36,272 nt of DNA from an uncultured bacterium (lineage in GTDB: Bacteria > Abyssobacteria > SURF-5): NCBI GenBank assembly GCA_964607485.1, contig CAZSKP010000042.1, positions 1-36,272 on the forward strand, in the 5' to 3' direction. Shown piece by piece: positions 30,386-36,272 of the stretch. The position numbers were made by a program, and so were the translations under genes. How positions within the stretch are numbered: the stretch's first letter is position 1; each line of letters begins with the position of its first letter. The notes beneath the pieces are model-generated. The model had not been told where the DNA came from. It saw only the letters and a list, made by a program, of their open reading frames with translations, and searched no databases.

Positions 30386-31051
30386 CTATTCAATGAGGTA
30401 TCCCGCTTTTCGTCGCGTTTTGATTAGTGATGCCTCTCCAATCTTTCCGAGTTCCTTTCTCAGCGTGGATATCGCCGCATCCACCACATTGCTCATCGGC
30501 TCTGTGCGCTCGTCATAGATATGCTCCTCGATTTCCGTCCGGCTAACGACAGTACCTCTCCGCAATACCAGAAACTCGAGCAAGGTATACTCCCGAGGAG
30601 GTAGTGGGACAACCTCGCCGCCGCAGATGACGGTGCGTGTCGCCAAGTTGATTTGAAGACTTCCCACCGAAAGATTGTCCTGTTTGACGCCGTATCTGCG
30701 GCGTACGAGCGCCTGTACACGGGCAAGTAGCTCCTCAAAAGCAAAGGGCTTCACCAGATAATCGTCGGCGCCCGACTCTAAACCTTGGACCCGGTCTTCG
30801 ACAGTGTCTCTCGCCGATAGGATCATCACACTGGCAGGTCTCTGCTTCTGCCGGAGTTTCTGCAAGATGGAAAGACCGTCCAGTCCCGGCAACATCAGAT
30901 CAAGGATTATGACATCATAGTCAAAAGACTCGGCAAACCAGAGTCCCTCGCTGCCATCCCCGGTCGCGTCAACCTTGAAACCTTCCTTTCGCAGCCCCAT
31001 GGAAAGGGATTTTTGAAGCCGCGTCGAATCTTCAATTAGCAACAGTCGCAC
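30386..31051 (-). CDS. OmpR-family response regulator, cognate to the adjacent kinase
   Basis: GTG start at 31051 (MRLLLIEDS), DLMLP, DDYLVKPF, SNVVD...LRK. Confidence 0.92.
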   Translation of the reverse strand: MRLLLIEDSTRLQKSLSMGLRKEGFKVDATGDGSEGLWFAESFDYDVIILDLMLPGLDGLSILQKLRQKQRPASVMILSARDTVEDRVQGLESGADDYLVKPFAFEELLARVQALVRRRYGVKQDNLSVGSLQINLATRTVICGGEVVPLPPREYTLLEFLVLRRGTVVSRTEIEEHIYDERTEPMSNVVDAAISTLRKELGKIGEASLIKTRRKAGYLIE

Positions 31052-31315
31052 AACCCACTCTCCGGGTAGCTGCCAATCGCAGTCAGTGACTATCGTTTCA
31101 TATTCTACTTCATACGGGCGGTTTCGCTCAACCGCCATGCCCGGATATGTTGCCGAAGAATGAGAAGAGGAGAAAACAGGCCCAGCATCGGGATCATGTC
31201 TTCTTAGGAGACTATCGGTCCCGGAGTCTGTGGGAATGATACAATCTGTGGGTACAGGCTTAGGTCGCATGGTGCACTCGGACATACTTCTCTCGTGGCA
31301 GAAGCCATGGGTACA

Positions 31316-31564
31316 TTAGACCTCCCACAGTACACCTAGAGCGATCTCTACGAGACTGATCCAGGCGACCAGCCCTTCGATGGGTTCCGTGCCTGCATTG
31401 GTGATCGTGCTCCAGAATCGCAGGTGATCTCCCATGACGGGCGCCGACGGGTTGTGCTCATCCGCCCGCAGATCAAGGGCCAACGGTCCCTGAGCCACGG
31501 ATGCAGCCGAGGCGGTCAGAACTGTGAGCACGAGAGCTGCCAGGAGGTATTTCCAAATGTTCAT
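31316..31564 (-). pseudogene. Exported hypothetical protein, probably C-terminally truncated
   Basis: GAGG RBS; signal peptide MNIWKYLLAALVLTVLTASAA; follows the ABC permease relic. Confidence 0.55.
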
Positions 31565-31576
31565 GGTCGATTCCTC

Positions 31577-32470
31577 TCACTGAAAGTTGAGCCGGGCTGC
31601 GCTGTGTCGGGCCGCCAGCAGACAGAGAACCAACCACGCCATCACCAGCGCAAGTCTTGCCATCTGGGCGGAAAACGGCTCGCTGTCGATAATGACGCTG
31701 TCGAAGGTGTTGAGCGCGCCAGCGAACGGATTCATTGCATCCAGGCCGCGTCCGATGGCGGAGCCACGCAGACTGGGACCGAACAGAAGCGGACTTGCGA
31801 CCAGCATCAGCAAGGTGAGCGTGCTCAACAACGATCCCAACACGCTGCCCGTCCGGGCGGATAGAGCCATGGCCAAGTAGCCGAATCCAAGCACCACAGG
31901 CGTTCCAAGAAGGGCCAGATAGAGCACGGCTTCGCCAAGATTCTGGCCGCCTGAACCAACGGCTCACAGATATGGCACCGCCACCGCAAACATGACACCC
32001 CATGCGGTAAGGAGGCCCACGGCTTTGCCGGTAAGCAAGGTCCTTGCTACGGCCAGGCGTTGCTTCATTCCTCTGGAAAATGTCGCTATGGACCGATACC
32101 GCATCGAGCCGAGACCAACTTTTTCCAGCAGCTTCCGCACGTCCCGCTCGTCCGGAAGCTCTCCGTACAAACGGCCATACCAGTCCAGGTAGGCGGGCGC
32201 CGTCATCCAGTCATAGAACTCGGTCCGCTCCGGCATGACGCCGACATTCCAGCGAATTTCCCGGGCGTGGTCCGCGGGATCGTTTTCCAACACGCGGATT
32301 TGGCCGCTGCTGCGCCCGCGCAAGCCCAGCAGGGCAAAGATGGTCGTGAACTTGCCGGCCCCGCTGGGTCCCAATAGACCGTATATATCACCGGGACGCA
32401 AATGCAGGTCGATTCCCTCAAGGATTACCCTTCCGTCAATATGCAGGTGTAGGTTCTCGATACTGATCAT
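31577..32470 (-). pseudogene. ABC transporter relic: ATPase N-part fused by deletion to permease C-part
   Basis: GPSGAGKFT Walker A and FSRGMKQR signature, no Walker B; continues in frame into permease LTGKAVG...VPYL*AVGSGG... with TGA at 31964-31966. Confidence 0.85.
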
Positions 32471-32561
32471 GGCACCAGCCCCAAAGAATGAAATCAAGGT
32501 TGAGTGATCTTGCCCGCAATCGCTGCATTGATCCTACGGGTTGCCGTGTTTCCTTATTCTT

Positions 32562-32596
32562 ATTGTAACGGATGAAACATTACGGAAGCATTACAG
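32562..32596 (-). promoter_or_regulatory. Direct-repeat box plus -10 element (copy 4)
   Basis: Minus strand CTGTAAT-GCTT-CCGTAAT-N11-TACAAT. Confidence 0.78.
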
Positions 32597-32739
32597 TCCA
32601 GTGCGCGAATGGGATGCAGGCCAAGAGAGCTTGTTCATTCTTCCGGTGGGAATAATCGCTATAAGAGTGGGCTTGCCGCGTCAACTCCGGGCACAAAGAA
32701 GTCTCTGTATGGAGAGTGTGTAATGGATCGTCCACAGGT

Positions 32740-33006
32740 CGGGACTGAACTCATCCCGATCACAAAGGGAGTTACTGTCCGCAAACCATATATGAAACGA
32801 AAACCGACTAGATAGAGTGACTCGAAACGTTTCAGCAGCCTATGCGCTCTATCGATGCGGACTTTCCATGAGGGACGCTTTGACAAGAAGACCTGACTGT
32901 GCCTGCGACCGAGGTAGAAGAAGAACTGATCTCCACCGAAACTTCCCCAAAAGGCAGCGATTACCACCCACGGCAAAGCCATGTATCCCTGATGGGCGGC
33001 GAAGCC
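32740..33006 (-). pseudogene. DedA-family membrane protein, internal fragment
   Basis: GFAAHQGY...GSFGGDQFFFYLGR...FRFIYGLRTVTPFVIGMS; both ends missing. Confidence 0.88.
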
Positions 33007-33136
33007 TCACGCAGTTTGTTGATGATCTGTTCAGGTGTGTGGTGCTTCCGCGGCATGCCCCTTACCTCCTTTCACAAGCCCGATCAATCCTGAAATACTA
33101 ACATATCAACTGGACTCGTTTCTGGGGGCTAGGCCA
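33003..33136 (-). mobile_element. IS3-family left end plus OrfA stub
   Basis: TGGCCTAGCCCCCAGAAACGAGTCCA at 33136, AGGAGG RBS, ATG 33056: MPRKHHTPEQIINKLREA. Confidence 0.8.
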
Positions 33137-33137
33137 A

Positions 33138-33306
33138 GAGATCGACCTGAGGAAGCTAGCTCGACTGCTGAAGAAAGCCAGTTGGGGCACCTTCTCAACC
33201 GAATAAGGCGCGGGAACTGAAACAGGCGGCCCGGCTGAGCTTTGGGATCAAGATAGCCCGCGACACGTTCCAGTTTCAGATCAGACAAATCGTCGCCAGG
33301 CAGATA
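33138..33306 (+). mobile_element. IS110-family transposase internal fragment (frameshifted)
   Basis: EIDLRKLARLLKKASWG.../KARELKQAARLSFGIKIARDTFQFQIRQI resembles the helical mid-region of long IS110 transposases. Confidence 0.6.
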
Positions 33307-33511
33307 TGAAACATGCTAGCGAGGTATGACAGGGGATACGAATTGGTCGATTACCATCGTCAATGCAGTGCGCATCTCGGGAGATAGGCTCTCCCAGGCT
33401 TGCATGAGTTTCTTGATAGGATGTCCGGCAGGTTCTTTAGCATATTTGGTGCAGAGGGCAATCTCTTGTTCAGTAACGCTTGTATTTTCAATGCATTCTG
33501 GCTCTGCTTGT

Positions 33512-33537
33512 ATTGGTTCAAGTCCAGTAGCGCCCAC
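33512..33537 (+). repeat. Duplicated tRNA 3' end (T-arm plus acceptor strand, probably tRNA-Val); attachment site
   Basis: ATTGG-TTCAAGT-CCAGT-AGCGCCC-A-C; no D-arm or anticodon arm upstream. Confidence 0.8.
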
Positions 33538-33554
33538 TGAAGTGTGAGAAGTGC

Positions 33555-33604
33555 CAGCTTGCGCGGGCCTTTGCGAGGCGTTGCCGCAAGCTGTTTTTCT
33601 TTTG
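33555..33604 (+). terminator. Rho-independent terminator
   Basis: CAGCTTGCG (33555-33563) and CGCAAGCTG (33585-33593) stem followed by TTTTTCTTTT. Confidence 0.7.
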
Positions 33605-33638
33605 TGAAGAGCCACGCATCAGTTGCGTCCGGCCGCAA

Positions 33639-33667
33639 TTGACATCGCCGGTCGATGGCGTTATAGT
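33639..33667 (+). promoter_or_regulatory. Sigma70-type promoter of the acyl-CoA ligase operon
   Basis: TTGACA-N17-TATAGT, ~80 nt before the ATG at 33747. Confidence 0.7.
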
Positions 33668-33746
33668 GTCCGACGACGACTGAGAATTGTGTTCCGGAAG
33701 CACCTTGACATAATCGCAAACCAATTCGCACCCAATCGGACAGTCC

Positions 33747-35852
33747 ATGCTCAAGAATCTGTTTTTCCCGAAATCCATCGCGGTCGTAGGAGCGTCTCGG
33801 GAAAAGGGAAAAGTCGGACACAATGTTCTGAACAATCTCGTCAAGTACGAATTCCCCGGCAAAATCTATCCCATCAACCCAAACGCGAAAACGCTGCTGG
33901 GCAAGAAGTGCTATCCGTCGGTCTCGGACGTGCCGGGCAAGATCGACCTTGTCGTATTCGCGATTCCCGCTGTGGCGGTTGTGGACGTGTTCGACCAGTG
34001 CGGCGAGAAGAAGATTCCGGCGGCCATCATCATCTCCGCCGGATTCAAGGAGAGCGGCCGGAAGGGCGCCTCGCTGGAGGCAAAGCTTGCAGAGAAGGTG
34101 GCCGAGTACGGCATTCGCGTCTTAGGGCCCAACTGTCTGGGAATCATCGATACCTCCTCGAAACTGAACGCCTCATTTGCCGCAGGCATGCCCGCCCGGG
34201 GCAACATCGGCTTCTTCTCGCAGTCGGGAGCCCTGTGCACGGCGATACTCGACTGGGCGCTGGGCGAGGGCATCGGATTCTCCAAGTTCGTGAGCCTGGG
34301 AAACAAGCTCGACATCGATGAGATCGACATGCTGCGGGAAATGGGGGACGACGACCAGACCGAGGTCATACTCGGTTACATCGAGGGCGTCAAAGACGGG
34401 GTCGAGTTCCTTGAGGTCGCCCGATCGGTCACGAGCAAGAAGCCCGTGATAATGATAAAGTCGGGCGGGACGGAGGCCGGCGCGCGTGCGGCCTCGTCGC
34501 ACACCGGCTCCCTGGCAGGTTCGGAGAAGGCTTTCTCGGCCGCATTCGCGCAGAGCGGCATCATTCGAGTCACGGCCGTCGAGGACCTGTTCGACTACGC
34601 CCGCGCGTTCTCCTGCCGACGTTATCCTTCGGGCAATCGCGTGGCGATAGTGACGAATGCGGGCGGGCCCGCCATCATAGCGTCGGACGCAGTGGAACAT
34701 TCCAGCCTCCGCATGGCCAGCTTCGGGAAGAAGACCATAGAAACCCTGCGGGCATCTCTTCCGCCGAACGCTTCCCTCTACAATCCGGTTGACCTGATAG
34801 GCGACGCCAAGGACGACCGCTACTCCGCCGCGCTCAAGGCCGTGCTGGACGACGAAAGCGTTGACGGCGTTTTCGTTATCTTCACCCCCCAGGCCATGAG
34901 CGGGCCCGAGAAGGTCGCGCGCGCGGTCAGCCGGTGCAGCTCCGACGGCAAACCCGTTCTCGCGGCTTTTATGGGTGGCCCTACGGTGAAGGGAAGCATC
35001 GAGATACTCTCGAAGGCGTCTATCCCGAACTATCACTATCCAGAACGGGCAATCTCGGCCATGGAGGCGATGGTGCGCTTCGAGAGTTGGCGCAATCGAC
35101 CGGAGCCGCAGCACAAAAAATTTTCCGTCAACAAAGAACAAGTGCAAAGTCTGTTTGCGGAGGCGATGGAGAAAGGACAGGCGGAAATCGGTGAGTACCA
35201 GGCGCGCGAGATAATATCGGCTTACGGGTTCAAAGTGCCGGGAAGCGTGATCGCCAACAACGTGTCCGACGCCGAGTTTATCGCCGAGAAGATCGGCTAC
35301 CCGGTCGTAATGAAAATAGCGTCGCCCGACATAATGCACAAGTCGGATTTCGGAGGCGTTCGTGTCGGAGTGAGGGACGGGGAAGAGGTGCGCAGGGCGT
35401 TTGTCGAAATGAGAGAACGGGCCAAGCGGCTCCTGCCCGACGCCGACGTGTGGGGTGTCTCCGTTCAGGAAATGATTCAAGGAGGAAAAGAAGTCATTCT
35501 GGGCATGGTGCGGGACCCGCAGTTCGGCCCCATCATAATGTTCGGGCTGGGCGGCATCTACGTGGAGGTCCTGAAGGATGTCTCATTCCGCATCGCCCCG
35601 CTCAGCGTCGAGGACGCACAGGAAATGATCCACAACATTCGCTCCTTGCCGCTCCTGCAAGGCGTGCGCGGAGAGAAGGCGATACACTTCGACTCGATAG
35701 TCGAGTCGCTGCTCCGTCTTTCCCAGCTTGTCACCGATTTCAATGAAATATTCGAGATAGACATCAATCCATTGAAGGTGTTTCCCGAGGGTCGCGAGCC
35801 CGTGGCGCTGGATGCAAGGCTCACATTGAGAAAGAATGAGGTGGGACGATGA
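33747..35852 (+). CDS. ADP-forming acetate/acyl-CoA ligase (fused alpha/beta subunits)
   Basis: CoA-binding PKSIAVVGAS, GPNCLG, SQSGA, phospho-His SHTGSLAG, ATP-grasp HKSDFGGV...DINP; no GNAT domain. Confidence 0.93.
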   Translation: MLKNLFFPKSIAVVGASREKGKVGHNVLNNLVKYEFPGKIYPINPNAKTLLGKKCYPSVSDVPGKIDLVVFAIPAVAVVDVFDQCGEKKIPAAIIISAGFKESGRKGASLEAKLAEKVAEYGIRVLGPNCLGIIDTSSKLNASFAAGMPARGNIGFFSQSGALCTAILDWALGEGIGFSKFVSLGNKLDIDEIDMLREMGDDDQTEVILGYIEGVKDGVEFLEVARSVTSKKPVIMIKSGGTEAGARAASSHTGSLAGSEKAFSAAFAQSGIIRVTAVEDLFDYARAFSCRRYPSGNRVAIVTNAGGPAIIASDAVEHSSLRMASFGKKTIETLRASLPPNASLYNPVDLIGDAKDDRYSAALKAVLDDESVDGVFVIFTPQAMSGPEKVARAVSRCSSDGKPVLAAFMGGPTVKGSIEILSKASIPNYHYPERAISAMEAMVRFESWRNRPEPQHKKFSVNKEQVQSLFAEAMEKGQAEIGEYQAREIISAYGFKVPGSVIANNVSDAEFIAEKIGYPVVMKIASPDIMHKSDFGGVRVGVRDGEEVRRAFVEMRERAKRLLPDADVWGVSVQEMIQGGKEVILGMVRDPQFGPIIMFGLGGIYVEVLKDVSFRIAPLSVEDAQEMIHNIRSLPLLQGVRGEKAIHFDSIVESLLRLSQLVTDFNEIFEIDINPLKVFPEGREPVALDARLTLRKNEVGR

Positions 35853-36272
35853 TACCGCTGTTTGTCGATTCGCTCTCGGAGTTTTCGGGAAGGAACACGA
35901 TATGCCTGGCCACCGGTATCAGGCTCAGGAGAGCGAACAAGTCGGTGGGCTTCTTCAAGCCCCTCGGTGTGTTTCCCACACGTGTGGAGGAGGTCCTCAC
36001 CGATGAGGACATGGTCTTCTTCAAGCAGTCGCTCGAGCTCGATGCCGCCCTGGATGACCTGTGTCCCGTCGTGCTCACCCAGGAGCTGCTCAACGAGGTT
36101 CTCGGAGGGAAGAAGGTCGACGTCTACGCCGCTGCAATCCGCAAGGCGTTCGAGAAGATTTCCGCCGGCAGGGACATCACTATTGTGATCGGGATAGGGT
36201 ACCCGCGCAGCGGGATGCTCATCGGCCTCTCGGAGTCGGTCCAACGATTCAGAGCGGGCATGCTGGAAGTGG
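35849..36272 (+). CDS. Phosphotransacetylase-family (BioD-like/DRTGG) protein, runs off the window end
   Basis: Not in the ORF track; ATGA overlap at 35849; MIPLFVDSLSEFSGRNTICLATG...VGFFKPLG...LCPVVL; a usual neighbour of this ligase family. Confidence 0.8.
   Translation, partial: MIPLFVDSLSEFSGRNTICLATGIRLRRANKSVGFFKPLGVFPTRVEEVLTDEDMVFFKQSLELDAALDDLCPVVLTQELLNEVLGGKKVDVYAAAIRKAFEKISAGRDITIVIGIGYPRSGMLIGLSESVQRFRAGMLEV

Larger units (their letters stand above)
1..33537. mobile_element. Genomic island (right part) integrated at a tRNA 3' end; left boundary and integrase lie outside the window
   Basis: Ends at an isolated tRNA 3' half (33512-33537). High density of IS and pseudogene relics. 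Intact, visibly more GC-rich housekeeping genes follow from 33747. Confidence 0.75.

Noticed and set aside
2588-31966. In-frame TGA at expected Trp positions (2588, 21141, 31964) suggesting TGA=Trp recoding or selenocysteine
   Set aside because: All lie in genes that also carry deletions. Intact genes use TGG for Trp and several end in TGA with ATGA coupling. A TAG at a similar position (15181) also occurs, consistent with ordinary G-to-A decay.
33512-33537. Functional tRNA gene
   Set aside because: Only the 3' third is present and CCA is incomplete; treated as an att site.
34173-35480. Long antisense ORFs (435 aa here; also 10056-10940, 22999-23853, 35558-36244)
   Set aside because: Shadows of well-supported genes on the opposite strand, with no protein motifs.
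1-36272. CRISPR arrays, rRNA, phage structural or defence genes
   Set aside because: No regularly spaced repeat-spacer array or such motifs seen by eye.

Overview
Positions 1 to ~33537 look like the right-hand part of an eroded genomic island from a Gram-negative bacterium. The island ends at a duplicated tRNA 3' end (33512-33537, probably tRNA-Val, att-like), followed by a terminator and core genes (ADP-forming acyl-CoA ligase and a phosphotransacetylase/DRTGG-type gene). Its theme is cell-envelope (lipid A/LPS) remodelling: an intact arnB-arnC-arnA-arnD Ara4N pathway with no visible arnE/arnF; five intact and two deleted ArnT/GT-C transferase paralogues, one fused to a metallophosphoesterase; a TolC-MFP-RND efflux operon; one complete and one half-deleted OmpR-family two-component system; and many relics (LptG, DedA, LAB_N, GT2, DegT, ABC transporter, phosphoesterase, IS3, IS110). 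The clearest signal outside the ORF track is a 35-bp promoter module (7-bp CCGTAAT-like direct repeat at 11-bp period, 11-nt spacer, TATAAT) present four times with identical geometry upstream of island transcription units, suggesting a single two-component regulon. All calls come from reading the sequence; no database searches were run.
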